IMG/VR virus record: IMGVR_UViG_3300026875_000002
Source of the DNA: a virus
Strand: one strand, 5' to 3'
Length of the DNA stretch: 64,000 bases
Shown: one piece after another, positions 8,580 through 19,128 of the stretch
How positions within the stretch are numbered: the first letter of the stretch is position 1
Layout: the number at the start of each line of letters is the position of its first letter
Notes under the pieces: generated by a model
What the model saw: only the letters and a program-made list of their open reading frames with translations
Databases searched by the model: none
Told to the model about the DNA's origin: nothing
Program-made: the position numbers and the translations under genes

Positions 8580-11413
8580 CTAAGAAAAAACTTGGAAGTA
8601 ATAAGGTACGTGAAGGAAAAAGTAGTATCCCCCTGAAAGTTAAGGATAAACTAGAATTAGGACAATACCCATTAAACATTGAATACGAAGAAAATAGAAC
8701 GTATGCAGAAAGTAATGCCTATGGAACACTATTTTATGGTTGGAAAAGTTTTGTACATTGTCCGAATGTTTATGTTGTGGAGGGGGAGGATATGTATACT
8801 ACACTTCGTGCAAATATATTCAGTAATGAAGATATTGTTTATGCTGGAGAAGGTAGTTTTAGCATAAAAGAGAAAACACAAGAAAAAGTTCCTGTAGAAG
8901 ATGGGTGTGCTACTCATCACTTATCTGATATTCAAAGTTGGAAAAATAAGAATCCTTACTTTAGTTTTCTGTATGATGTGCACCTGCCCTTGAATTATTG
9001 TTCTGCGCGTAGTAATACTGCTGAAATAATATACCTTCCTCATACAAAACGGTACGCGGTGGTTGTCAAAATTATCACAGATCCTGTGATAGGATACACT
9101 GGGGATACAGTACGTGTTATTGCAAGGATATACAAAGCACAGTATGGTAGTCTGATTGATCATAAGGATGTACCAGATAATGGGTATGCGCGGTTACTAA
9201 TTGATGGAGCGGTAGCTGGTACTACTAGTATAACTGACACGGGATATGTGTCATTTGATTATACTGTACCTGAAATGGGTTGTGGGGTGTACTCCGTGGT
9301 TGTGGAGTATGTTTCTCAAGATGAATACTATGATGATAGTGCATGTGAAGGCACATTATTCGTACCGTCCCACGACGTAACACTTCCTACTGCCACATGT
9401 ACCCAAATATGGCACTCTCTTGGTGGTACTGCTAGTATCCCTGTTACTTTTTCTGATATATCCCTATTTGACAAGGTGCAAGTGTATATTGATAGTCAGC
9501 TTGTACCTGTAGAGGGAAGTGATGAAAATGGTTACTTGATTGTACAAGGTACAGAAGTTACGCTTACGTTTAATATTCCCAAGGGATATTCCTCAAAGTG
9601 TGTGTGGGCTTATTCAGGGGAGCATCTTATGTACCTTGAGTATACGGATAATGTTCATCATGTTACACGAAAACTATTTCTCCCATTCCTTCTGATTCAG
9701 TATCCTACAGCAATCCAGCTAAAATCGTATGGACTTGATGATACAAGCACAATGATTGTAGGAAATAATATTGAAGGGACGGTAATTAATACATTTGAAC
9801 CGAAACGGTTTGTAAATCATGGACTTATTACTATTGATATTGAAGGATTGGAGGTTCTTCTTTCAGTAACACGTGATGTTGATTGTAGCATGGGGGTGCA
9901 ACATCCTCAGGGTATATTGTTTGTAAATGAAACATGTACGTTCAGAGTAACAGCTCAAAGCAATACTACTGTACCCATCCCTAATCGGACTGTAACACTT
10001 GTTACAGGAAATCAAAATTATACATCTACTACTGATGAGGATGGTGTTGCAACATTTTCAAAGAAATACACTCAGAGTGGGACAGATACTGTATACGCAC
10101 TATTTCCAGGTACAGAAACAGAAGCAGAAACACAAACAACACCAGTAACACTGGAAATACTTGACCTAATCAAATCTGAATTATCCCATGAGATATCTTC
10201 AGATAATCTCATAACATCAATTACTCCTATTAGGGAGAGTTTTCCCCATGGGGGCACAATAAGTGTCACATTCAAGCCTGTGCCTCTATTTACAGTTATT
10301 CCCCCATTACAGGATAATTTCAAAGTGGGAGAATCTATAGTAATAAAAGCAAATGTTTCCCTCGAATACAAACCAGCAGTAGATATCCCTGTGATATTAA
10401 GAGTAAGTATAACAAAAGAGGATGGTACAGTACAAGACTATGAGTCAATACAAACAATGAAAACAGACTCTGTGGGGGACATAACATGTACTACTGCTCA
10501 GGATGTATCAGGTGAATGTAGCTACACACTCTTCATTGAGGGTACAGATGATTATGAACAATGTGTATCAGATGAAATAATCCTTGATGTAACAAGAATA
10601 CAAACCACAATATCCTCAACAGTAACAAATAACCAAGCTGGAAGTAGTAGTATAGATGTAACACTCATTGACGAAGATAACAATGGGGTTGTTGACGTAA
10701 ATATAATTGTAACACTTACTGATGGGTCAACAAGGTCTGGTACAACAGACAGTTCGGGAAACGTGAATATACCATTAACATCACTCCAAGTAGGGTCCCA
10801 TACGTTAACAGTATCATTCCCAGGAAATAATAAGTACGAACCTGCAAGTACAACATGTACTATAGATATCGCCCCAAACATAGATTTCTATAATAGTGCG
10901 AATTGGGGAGGAAACCCTGTAATAGATGTTACTAACCAAAAAATAACAATGACTGGTGCAAACATCACATATTATGAGGGAGCTTCTGTAAAGGACTTGC
11001 TTAGTGACACTGCTATTAGTCTTACATATTTCCATAATGGCCGGGATGGACGGAAAGCATTAGGAGTTTATAATCCTGAACTAAGTTCATGGATAGGTTA
11101 CTGTACCCCCAGCCCGAACGGTAGTGAAGGACATGGAGTAAATGAGGAAAAAGGTTACACGCATAACATATCTACAGATGTAACAAACGCAGCCTCATGG
11201 ATGCGGGATGGACAGGAAAGTCCACTCGTGATAGGCTATAATGAGGTTGAGGACAATATTTCACTTCAGTATACAAGTCAAGATGGAACAGAAAATGTGA
11301 CTGTAACCATCCCTCTTGAGGGAGTGGATCTTAGTAAATATTACCTCGCATTCTATGATTACCGCGGAATGGGAATGTATGTGAAAAATATAACACTCAT
11401 GGAGGACATGTAA
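8576..11413 (+). CDS. Large adhesin-like protein with multiple Ig-like domains and a C-terminal beta-sandwich tip
   Basis: Recurrent Ig-like motifs (TTDEDGVATF, TTDSSGNVNI, SFPGNNKYEPA). Confidence 0.7.
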   Translation: MTKKKLGSNKVREGKSSIPLKVKDKLELGQYPLNIEYEENRTYAESNAYGTLFYGWKSFVHCPNVYVVEGEDMYTTLRANIFSNEDIVYAGEGSFSIKEKTQEKVPVEDGCATHHLSDIQSWKNKNPYFSFLYDVHLPLNYCSARSNTAEIIYLPHTKRYAVVVKIITDPVIGYTGDTVRVIARIYKAQYGSLIDHKDVPDNGYARLLIDGAVAGTTSITDTGYVSFDYTVPEMGCGVYSVVVEYVSQDEYYDDSACEGTLFVPSHDVTLPTATCTQIWHSLGGTASIPVTFSDISLFDKVQVYIDSQLVPVEGSDENGYLIVQGTEVTLTFNIPKGYSSKCVWAYSGEHLMYLEYTDNVHHVTRKLFLPFLLIQYPTAIQLKSYGLDDTSTMIVGNNIEGTVINTFEPKRFVNHGLITIDIEGLEVLLSVTRDVDCSMGVQHPQGILFVNETCTFRVTAQSNTTVPIPNRTVTLVTGNQNYTSTTDEDGVATFSKKYTQSGTDTVYALFPGTETEAETQTTPVTLEILDLIKSELSHEISSDNLITSITPIRESFPHGGTISVTFKPVPLFTVIPPLQDNFKVGESIVIKANVSLEYKPAVDIPVILRVSITKEDGTVQDYESIQTMKTDSVGDITCTTAQDVSGECSYTLFIEGTDDYEQCVSDEIILDVTRIQTTISSTVTNNQAGSSSIDVTLIDEDNNGVVDVNIIVTLTDGSTRSGTTDSSGNVNIPLTSLQVGSHTLTVSFPGNNKYEPASTTCTIDIAPNIDFYNSANWGGNPVIDVTNQKITMTGANITYYEGASVKDLLSDTAISLTYFHNGRDGRKALGVYNPELSSWIGYCTPSPNGSEGHGVNEEKGYTHNISTDVTNAASWMRDGQESPLVIGYNEVEDNISLQYTSQDGTENVTVTIPLEGVDLSKYYLAFYDYRGMGMYVKNITLMEDM

Positions 11414-11456
11414 TAATGAATAATATATACATAGCAACAGTTACAGGAGGAATAAT

Positions 11457-12176
11457 ATGACTATTAAAAATAAAACACTACCTGTAACAGAGGAAAAATG
11501 TATTTTTCCCCTCACAAATCTCCGGGGGGAGTATGTATGCACAATTGAATACTCTGGTGATTCACATTATATGGGTGCTACAGAAGATAATTATCATTTG
11601 AAATTAACCCCTACCACAAAAACAGTCAACATGAATGATAATGGGGAATGGGATATCCAGTATTGCGCAGATGCAACAAACCCTGTTGACCCTACATTTG
11701 GTAGTACAATCAAGAGTGGAGTATTTTCAGAGGTGATTCATAAAATAAGAACACGCGTGAATTCAAGGTATGTTTGTGAAATAACAGTAAACCAAGAGGG
11801 ATCGAATCAAGGATTTATTCTTGGTTTTTTTGGTTCAAAACAGGTTGATGATAATATAATCTGGACATACACATGGGGTATTGAATCAGACGAACTTGGA
11901 ACTCACTTTACAAGTAATGAATCTCAGGAGAGCATACATGATATTGAAGAATTATTCCCTCAGGGTGTACAAACAAGAGTGATATTTGATATTCTTGCAG
12001 TGAATGAGGGGGATGATTGTTATGTGTCAATCAGTATTGGAAACACTACTTTTGAAAATATTGTACAGTTTGATGAACCAGAGGACCTCCGGTTTGGTTT
12101 CATGTCAACAGCACCTGAAGACAAACAGTTAGTAATTCACTCTCTGAAATATACTGAGTGGGATGCGGAAGAATAA
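11457..12176 (+). CDS. Short adhesin-tip-like protein (partial Ig domain plus beta-sandwich)
   Basis: IEYSGDSHYMGA Ig motif near the N-terminus; RBS ggagg. Confidence 0.6.
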   Translation: MTIKNKTLPVTEEKCIFPLTNLRGEYVCTIEYSGDSHYMGATEDNYHLKLTPTTKTVNMNDNGEWDIQYCADATNPVDPTFGSTIKSGVFSEVIHKIRTRVNSRYVCEITVNQEGSNQGFILGFFGSKQVDDNIIWTYTWGIESDELGTHFTSNESQESIHDIEELFPQGVQTRVIFDILAVNEGDDCYVSISIGNTTFENIVQFDEPEDLRFGFMSTAPEDKQLVIHSLKYTEWDAEE

Positions 12177-12201
12177 TAAAAAAAAACAAAAAGGTAAAGG
12201 A

Positions 12202-13596
12202 ATGATAATATTGGTTGATGAAATAATAACAAATTTTGACGGGTCAACAATAAACCGGTCAAATAAATTACAGGAACTCATAAATTACTACAATGAAGCA
12301 TATGGAACTAACCTCTCAGACATATGTGACCTCAGTGAAGGTAGTGAGATAAGAACATTTCTAGAAAGTTTTATCGTGGAAAGTATGGATATTGAACGTC
12401 AAATGTATGCATTATTCGAGCAGACGTTCACAAAATACGCAACAGGATACTTCCTAGACCTCAAAGCATGTGAACAAAAAATAAGTAGAAAACAAGGAAA
12501 TGTTGCAACAGGGACGGTAACATTCACCTTATCTGAAACACAAACTGAAGACTATACTATACCCCAAGGGACTGTGATTCTTCATAGGCAAACGGGTAAT
12601 GAATATATTTTGAGTAGTGATGTAACAATACAAAAGGACACCTATAGTGCGGATGGTATTGTGTACAGTAGACTACTTGGTAGTGAATATAATGCTGAAC
12701 CTGATACTTTAACCGCTTTTGAAGATATAATCAGCGTACCAAGTAACCTTGAAGTAACCAATAATGCTGCGATTACTGAGGGAGAATCAGTAGAAACCGA
12801 TGACAGTCTACGTGAACGTATATACAACGCACGTCGTGAAAGGGCGAATGGTACTATCACTGCATATACTAATATGCTTCTCGCACTCGAGGGGGTACAT
12901 GATGTATCATTTGTAAACCCCTCAAGGATGACTAATCATTACAAAACAGTGGTTAACGCTGATGGTACAACTAGTAATGTTCATTGTACTGATTGTACGA
13001 GGGTTATTCTTGTGAATGATGAGAATAGTAAGCCTTGTCGACAGAGTGTACTTGAAAATGTTGAAAACGTCATGACGAATCAGGACAATATTATTATAGG
13101 GCATATGTTTCATGTTCAACCTGCGACAGTTGCAAGTAGGTGTTTTGATGTAACATTGTATTATTCGGATAGTCGTGTGTATGAGAAGGATGTTGTTGAC
13201 GCAATCACATCATACTTTGATGGAGGGGTTGTAGGAACACGAAATTTCACGGGACTTAATATAGGGGAAGATATCAGAAAAAGTAAAATGATTACCGCAA
13301 TTGAAGAGGTGCCAGGCGTGGATCAGGTGGAATCTATAGTGCTCACAAGATATAACAAGGATCTTCCAACAAATATCAAATACTGGACAAAAAATAGTGC
13401 AACTGATTATAGCTACCAAGATACTGATGGATTTGTATACCATAGAGGAACCTCCCAGAGCAGTATCAACAGGTGGGGGTCACGTAATTTTAACACAATC
13501 CCTGTGTATGATTGGCAAATTGCCAGTTTTATTTCAAAAACTAGGCTGGACCCTGAGGCTACGAATGATATTGGATTAACTCAATACCCCGCATGA
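12202..13596 (+). CDS. Baseplate J-like protein
   Basis: A.G.VTFT, TIPQGT, VTNNAAITEGESVETDDSLRERI, GT..AY....L.LEGV motifs. Start moved from 12163 to the ATG after aaaggtaaagga. Confidence 0.9.
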   Translation: MIILVDEIITNFDGSTINRSNKLQELINYYNEAYGTNLSDICDLSEGSEIRTFLESFIVESMDIERQMYALFEQTFTKYATGYFLDLKACEQKISRKQGNVATGTVTFTLSETQTEDYTIPQGTVILHRQTGNEYILSSDVTIQKDTYSADGIVYSRLLGSEYNAEPDTLTAFEDIISVPSNLEVTNNAAITEGESVETDDSLRERIYNARRERANGTITAYTNMLLALEGVHDVSFVNPSRMTNHYKTVVNADGTTSNVHCTDCTRVILVNDENSKPCRQSVLENVENVMTNQDNIIIGHMFHVQPATVASRCFDVTLYYSDSRVYEKDVVDAITSYFDGGVVGTRNFTGLNIGEDIRKSKMITAIEEVPGVDQVESIVLTRYNKDLPTNIKYWTKNSATDYSYQDTDGFVYHRGTSQSSINRWGSRNFNTIPVYDWQIASFISKTRLDPEATNDIGLTQYPA

Positions 13597-13607
13597 GGTG
13601 ACAAAGT

Positions 13608-14090
13608 ATGACAAATAGATGGACTCCTATAGAGAATAGACTACATGAAGAAAGTGCATTACACTACCCAGATAACACGATGCGGCGAATACTCGAACCA
13701 CTCTTAAATGGTCTGTTTGACGCGATAGAAGAGGAAATGAATGATATTATCTATGAATGTTTCCTCCTCACCAGCACTGGACAGTACCTAGATTTTTTCG
13801 GCGTGGAAATAGGACTTACACGTGAAAATGATGAAAGTGATAATGAGTATAGACAAAGATTGTTCAATGCACTTTCAGAGTACTTGAGTGTCAGTTTTGT
13901 GAAACTTCAAGGAATAATACTATACGCAAAAGAAGAATTGTACAATGATATCCGGATAAATATGACTAGTCAAAATCCCTATATGAGCAATATTTATGCA
14001 GGGATACCTCGAAATGATGTAAGTAGCAGATTCTTGTTATACGATATGATTTATGAGTATACTGTCTGTCATTATGTGAAGGGGTGGTAA
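13608..14090 (+). CDS. Baseplate wedge protein (gpI/DUF2313-like)
   Basis: STGQYLDFFGVEIGLTR..ESDNEYRQRL motif directly after baseplate J. Confidence 0.7.
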   Translation: MTNRWTPIENRLHEESALHYPDNTMRRILEPLLNGLFDAIEEEMNDIIYECFLLTSTGQYLDFFGVEIGLTRENDESDNEYRQRLFNALSEYLSVSFVKLQGIILYAKEELYNDIRINMTSQNPYMSNIYAGIPRNDVSSRFLLYDMIYEYTVCHYVKGW

Positions 14091-14093
14091 TTT

Positions 14094-16319
14094 TTGATGC
14101 CTAGTTACCATCATCTTCTTGAAGCCGATTTTGCACAAATAGAACACATCAACCAGATTATACACAATAATATCATTCATGATAGCTGGGAATGCTTTGA
14201 CACAGCATTATTACTTGAACAACACCCCCAGTATGGGGTGTATAATTCTACAAATCCTCGGAGTAGTAAAATCACAAAGAATGTTACAGATGTACGATAC
14301 AATAGTTTTCTGGTGAATATTGATACTATTTCTTATGCAGATTACAAGGCATATATGTATACTTTTGAAGTAAGGAACGTCCTGTGGGATGGTGCGTACA
14401 AAATTACGCGGAGCAAAAATAATAATAATGACCCTGACATAACACATAAAGGGGTTGTACAAGTAACAAAAGGCACTGATGACAATACAATCAATATTTA
14501 TGTTGAGGGTGAGGGATGTGAGGATATTCGTGTTTGTTTCCATATGAGTCAGGCGGGAACGGGCAGAAATATCAGTACAAGCAGTATTATCATACAGAAC
14601 GATGACTTGTATGAAGAACAATATGACAAAAGCTTCAATCACACTGGTAAAGTTGTAGATGCACTAGGAAAACCCCTGTCAAATGTGGAACTAACATTAT
14701 CAGCGTGTACTAGTGAGGGGCTTGACACCGAAGGAGGGATTCCTTCATGTGTTGGGAAAAGGAGTGATAAAAATGGAAATTACACACTCACATATGGAGC
14801 TACGGACAGACCTGGTTTGTACTATGCCAAAATCACTGCAAAGCAGGGGCTGTTCGAAGTATCAAAAGTAATTCAAGTGAACAAAATACAGGAAAACAAA
14901 AGAGGTGTAATATGGGGTGATGAAAAACAGTACACTGGGGTGTGGAAAGGAAGTATTAAAGAGTTTAAGATACACATCGCGGTGTACAACAAGTATAACA
15001 TACATGACCCTGATTTGGATAAACAACTTATAGGTAGTAGAGTGAATGTGACTATGATTAATCCTCACACAAAGGAACAGGTATCACAAACATGCACGAT
15101 TCAACAGGATGGCTATATAACCCCTCGTGTGAATTACAGGAGATATTATGAGGATAAAAGTATCCTCCGTGTGAGTCTTGAAGCAAATACAGCGTTTGGT
15201 ACGGTAATCAGCGAACGAGAGGTAACTCATGAGTATGCAAAAGCAACCAGTTGGGTAAACTTGAACACAATGATTTCAAGTGATGATGGTCCTGATTGGG
15301 TTATGGTCCCTGCAAGTACTATCTCACCAAATGAGGATATTCAAACAATAACTATTGCACGGGATATCACCATTTGTGGAACAAAAGGAACAAATGCCTG
15401 CAAAATTGACGGACTGGATAAATACAATCCATTCGTAGTTTCAAATAGTAGTCCTGCTACTGATAATAGTATAAAATTCAGACTTATTGGCGTATCTATT
15501 TATAATTGTACCCCCGCAATTCTAGTGAACGAGGGTAGTGCATTGTACATTGATAAATGTGTGTTCAGAGGTAATTCTCATCCTGCACATCATCACAAAG
15601 GCTGTTGTATATACACGCGTAATACTGATTTCACAAATAAACAGCATAACCTTTTCCAAACTCACGTCACAAACAGTACTTTTTACAACAATGTAGGAAA
15701 TGAGATACAAAGTATAGGGGAATCTCATCTCGATCATAACTTATTCAGGACAGATAATAGTAAATATCTCATGCAACCCGAACCAAAAGTTGTTAGTGTG
15801 GTGGCGGGGGAGGTAACATACAAGTATAACAAGTCACACATCAAAATCACAGATAAAGAAATGACAAGTAATCATTCCTATGCAAAAGCATTGGCGTACG
15901 TATACCGTGGAGCAAAATTTAATGGAAGAGGTCCAAATCAGTTGTATGGAGATATGACCTTGCCTCTTTATGATGATCCTTGGTATAACCAGGCGTATAC
16001 TTACGCCATATATTACTATCCTTACCTCCACAGGCCAACAAAAATTGTATGTAGCCCTCGGAAAGGTTTTGAACGGAAATCGACGGGGCACGGGAGTAGT
16101 TCGAAACGATGGATTTTCTACGATGGATACTATTTTATACGAAGAGAACAGGGAAAAGGAAACAAGAATGATCCTTGGACTAGCACAGAACTAGCAATCC
16201 CTGTGAATACAGGGATATATGATTCATATTATGATGAATTCACACAAAAAGAATACGACCCAAGATTAAGCAGTTATAAAACCCGAAAAGAAACAAAATT
16301 CATGCCGGACACATGGTGA
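14094..16319 (+). CDS. Tail fibre/adhesin-like protein with a right-handed beta-helix region
   Basis: IDKCVFRGN, STFYNNVGN beta-helix rungs; position after the wedge genes. The ORF-track start is TTG; an ATG follows at 14097. Confidence 0.55.
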   Translation: MMPSYHHLLEADFAQIEHINQIIHNNIIHDSWECFDTALLLEQHPQYGVYNSTNPRSSKITKNVTDVRYNSFLVNIDTISYADYKAYMYTFEVRNVLWDGAYKITRSKNNNNDPDITHKGVVQVTKGTDDNTINIYVEGEGCEDIRVCFHMSQAGTGRNISTSSIIIQNDDLYEEQYDKSFNHTGKVVDALGKPLSNVELTLSACTSEGLDTEGGIPSCVGKRSDKNGNYTLTYGATDRPGLYYAKITAKQGLFEVSKVIQVNKIQENKRGVIWGDEKQYTGVWKGSIKEFKIHIAVYNKYNIHDPDLDKQLIGSRVNVTMINPHTKEQVSQTCTIQQDGYITPRVNYRRYYEDKSILRVSLEANTAFGTVISEREVTHEYAKATSWVNLNTMISSDDGPDWVMVPASTISPNEDIQTITIARDITICGTKGTNACKIDGLDKYNPFVVSNSSPATDNSIKFRLIGVSIYNCTPAILVNEGSALYIDKCVFRGNSHPAHHHKGCCIYTRNTDFTNKQHNLFQTHVTNSTFYNNVGNEIQSIGESHLDHNLFRTDNSKYLMQPEPKVVSVVAGEVTYKYNKSHIKITDKEMTSNHSYAKALAYVYRGAKFNGRGPNQLYGDMTLPLYDDPWYNQAYTYAIYYYPYLHRPTKIVCSPRKGFERKSTGHGSSSKRWIFYDGYYFIRREQGKGNKNDPWTSTELAIPVNTGIYDSYYDEFTQKEYDPRLSSYKTRKETKFMPDTW

Positions 16320-16326
16320 TAATAAT

Positions 16327-16665
16327 ATGTATTTTAGAAACAAATTTAATGAAGAATTTCTTCAATTATGTAATTTAATCCCTAAAGGTGCTTCAACAAG
16401 AATAGGGAACTATTCCTCCCTTTTTTTTGAATTCAGAAAGAATCCTCACACAAACAGAGTATTAGTGCTTCCCCTCATTATGTGTAATCGTATCAAAAGT
16501 ACGAATAGTCATGATGTTAATTTACAGGATTACGCGATGCTTTGTGAGGATAAGCAGGATACAATAATAACAGCGTATTATGATGAAGATTATGTTCAAA
16601 ATACGAGAGAACAGTATATCTGTGAAATAGCTAGTAATAGTGGAGATTTTATTAGTGAGGAGTAA
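16327..16665 (+). CDS. Hypothetical protein (tail module)
   Basis: 112-aa ORF in operon with RBS ggtgat. Confidence 0.6.
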   Translation: MYFRNKFNEEFLQLCNLIPKGASTRIGNYSSLFFEFRKNPHTNRVLVLPLIMCNRIKSTNSHDVNLQDYAMLCEDKQDTIITAYYDEDYVQNTREQYICEIASNSGDFISEE

Positions 16666-16668
16666 GTT

Positions 16669-19128
16669 ATGAAATTGAAACCAAAAAGATTGGGTGATGA
16701 ATTTACACTTGATGAATACAATGCATGTCAATACTTATTGTACAAAGTACCTTTTGCTGAATCAATACGTTTACAAGGTGCAGACGCGTATACTGGTAAA
16801 TTTGCTACATATCTTCTTGATGAATCAAGGAATACAAGTGTGGGTATAGATAAATATGATACTTTTGAAATATTAAAAGACCTTACACATAATACACAGT
16901 ACATATACATTACGCTTAGCAACCTTATTAATCAGAATCTTCAGTATACGGCAACAATATATTATCAAACACCTGAAGTTATAACAGTAGTGGATCAAAC
17001 AAATGAACAGTATTCCGTAAATCCGCAAGATGCAAAAGATGTGAAAATGGTTACACAGGTAGCAAGTGAGGATGTACGAAGAGATTATCAAAGTATCACA
17101 GTACAATGTACACAAGAAGGAAATACACTCAAAATACCATTATACATAGAAGGGGAAGATGGAACAAAACAGGGAATTTATAGAGAAAATACAGTATTCA
17201 GTAGATTAATAGATTTCACACTCACCCTGAGTGACAAACCATATATTGATGTGAATAATGGAAAAGCAAATCAAATCGATGAAATACTCCTTGATAATGT
17301 ACAAGAATTCCAGAAAATAGTCCCTTACACACCTCGAGATAATGTAAAAATAATATACAGACTTGATTCAAACTACGATTACAAACTAACAAAAACATTC
17401 ACAATACAAGAAAATATGAATGTAGAAATAAGGGGAGGAACAAACAAAAAATCAAAAATAATAGGAACAAACACTGGGAGATTATTTATAATAAAACCAG
17501 GAGGAACACTTACACTCCAAAACATACATTGTTATGATGCAACAGCAAACAATACAAGTTATGCGAAAGGATGTGGAGGAGCAATACTTATAGAAACAAA
17601 TGAAGAATCATATGGTACACTCACATGTAATGATTCAATATTTGAAAAATGTACAGCAGAACTTGGAGGAGCAATCTATAGTCCTAATGCAAAATTGGCA
17701 CTTGAGCGATGTACCTTCCAAAATTGTAGTGTACAAGGTGATGGGGGAGCAGTATTCTATCAAGCAAAACGTGTAAAAATAGCATTTCCTGATATTATAA
17801 CAAAACCAGGACAGACAATAACACTAAAAGTTAATGTGACAGATATGGATGGAGAAAAAATTGATACAGGCACAATACAATTCATACTTAACTCAAAAGA
17901 ATTAGATGAAGTTGATATACATGATGGAGTGGCACAAGTACAATATAAAGTACCAAGTGATTTTAAACAAACATCCTTCAATGTAATAGCATATCTTCAA
18001 GGAACAAGTACAACAAGTAGAGAGTCCGTCCAGAATACAGTGTTTGTTCAACAACCACCAAAACTAACATTTAAATGTAACACTAGTCTGAAAGGATATC
18101 CTGGCGATAAAATAAGAGTAACTGTTGAAGCATATGAAAAAAATACATTAACAACAGAATGTCCAGGGGTATTCACAGTATTTAATAAAACATATAATGC
18201 AAACATAGATGCATCTACAAATAAATATTACCTCGATGTAACAATCCCTTCAACAAATACAGCAAAATCATACTCCATACAATTCACATGCAAAGATGCA
18301 GAATGTACACCACTAAAAGGAACAATAACTGTTCTTGCAACACAAACAAGTGGAATATCTGCAGTATATGTAAATAACACGCCATCTGACCTTACAATCT
18401 CACAAAAATTAATAAACACCTGGGTAAACAAAGGAATAACAGATGCATATGTACGATGTAGTGATTATACAGGAAATAATTTCATTGACAAAGTACTACA
18501 ATACACGAAAAATACAAAAATAAGAGTACATGCTACATTAAACTGTTTCCATGATGAAAATGGTTTCATTAATCCTGAAAATACAAATAATATAAATTCT
18601 ATTAAAAAGGATATTAAAGCAATACATGATAATACAAATATAGCCGGTTTCCACCTTGATTATATAAGGTATGCAACTGCGAACTCTGATGAAAATAAAC
18701 ATAAAGTAATAACAAAACAAGTGAAAGCATTATCAGATTATATTTATTCACTCAATACAAAGTATATTGTTTCAGGTACCGTTATGCCTGAAGGCGCAAC
18801 AAATAGTCCAGTATACGGCCAAAATTTCAAAGAACTTGGAAGTATTCTAGATTATATATGCCTAATGGCATATAAAGGAAACTATAAGACAAATGATACC
18901 TGGATAGGACAACAAGTAAAATATGCAAAAGATAATGGCAGTAAAGTAGTATGTGCACTTCAAACATACAATAGTGATAATGATTCTACTAGACGAACTG
19001 TTGCAGATATGGAAGCAAGTATCAAAGTAGCAATCAAAAATGGAGCAATAGGATATGCATTATTCCGCGAAGGAAGACTACCAAATTATCCACGAACATA
19101 TGATACAATTAAAAAGGAGACACAATAA
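16669..19128 (+). CDS. Tail adhesin: beta-helix (GGAI repeats), Ig-like domains and a C-terminal TIM-barrel glycoside-hydrolase-like domain (GHL10-like)
   Basis: GGAI/GGAV repeats. C-terminal IAGFHLDYIRY, YGQN, LDYICLMAY, ALQTY, GYALFR motifs. Confidence 0.7.
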   Translation: MKLKPKRLGDEFTLDEYNACQYLLYKVPFAESIRLQGADAYTGKFATYLLDESRNTSVGIDKYDTFEILKDLTHNTQYIYITLSNLINQNLQYTATIYYQTPEVITVVDQTNEQYSVNPQDAKDVKMVTQVASEDVRRDYQSITVQCTQEGNTLKIPLYIEGEDGTKQGIYRENTVFSRLIDFTLTLSDKPYIDVNNGKANQIDEILLDNVQEFQKIVPYTPRDNVKIIYRLDSNYDYKLTKTFTIQENMNVEIRGGTNKKSKIIGTNTGRLFIIKPGGTLTLQNIHCYDATANNTSYAKGCGGAILIETNEESYGTLTCNDSIFEKCTAELGGAIYSPNAKLALERCTFQNCSVQGDGGAVFYQAKRVKIAFPDIITKPGQTITLKVNVTDMDGEKIDTGTIQFILNSKELDEVDIHDGVAQVQYKVPSDFKQTSFNVIAYLQGTSTTSRESVQNTVFVQQPPKLTFKCNTSLKGYPGDKIRVTVEAYEKNTLTTECPGVFTVFNKTYNANIDASTNKYYLDVTIPSTNTAKSYSIQFTCKDAECTPLKGTITVLATQTSGISAVYVNNTPSDLTISQKLINTWVNKGITDAYVRCSDYTGNNFIDKVLQYTKNTKIRVHATLNCFHDENGFINPENTNNINSIKKDIKAIHDNTNIAGFHLDYIRYATANSDENKHKVITKQVKALSDYIYSLNTKYIVSGTVMPEGATNSPVYGQNFKELGSILDYICLMAYKGNYKTNDTWIGQQVKYAKDNGSKVVCALQTYNSDNDSTRRTVADMEASIKVAIKNGAIGYALFREGRLPNYPRTYDTIKKETQ

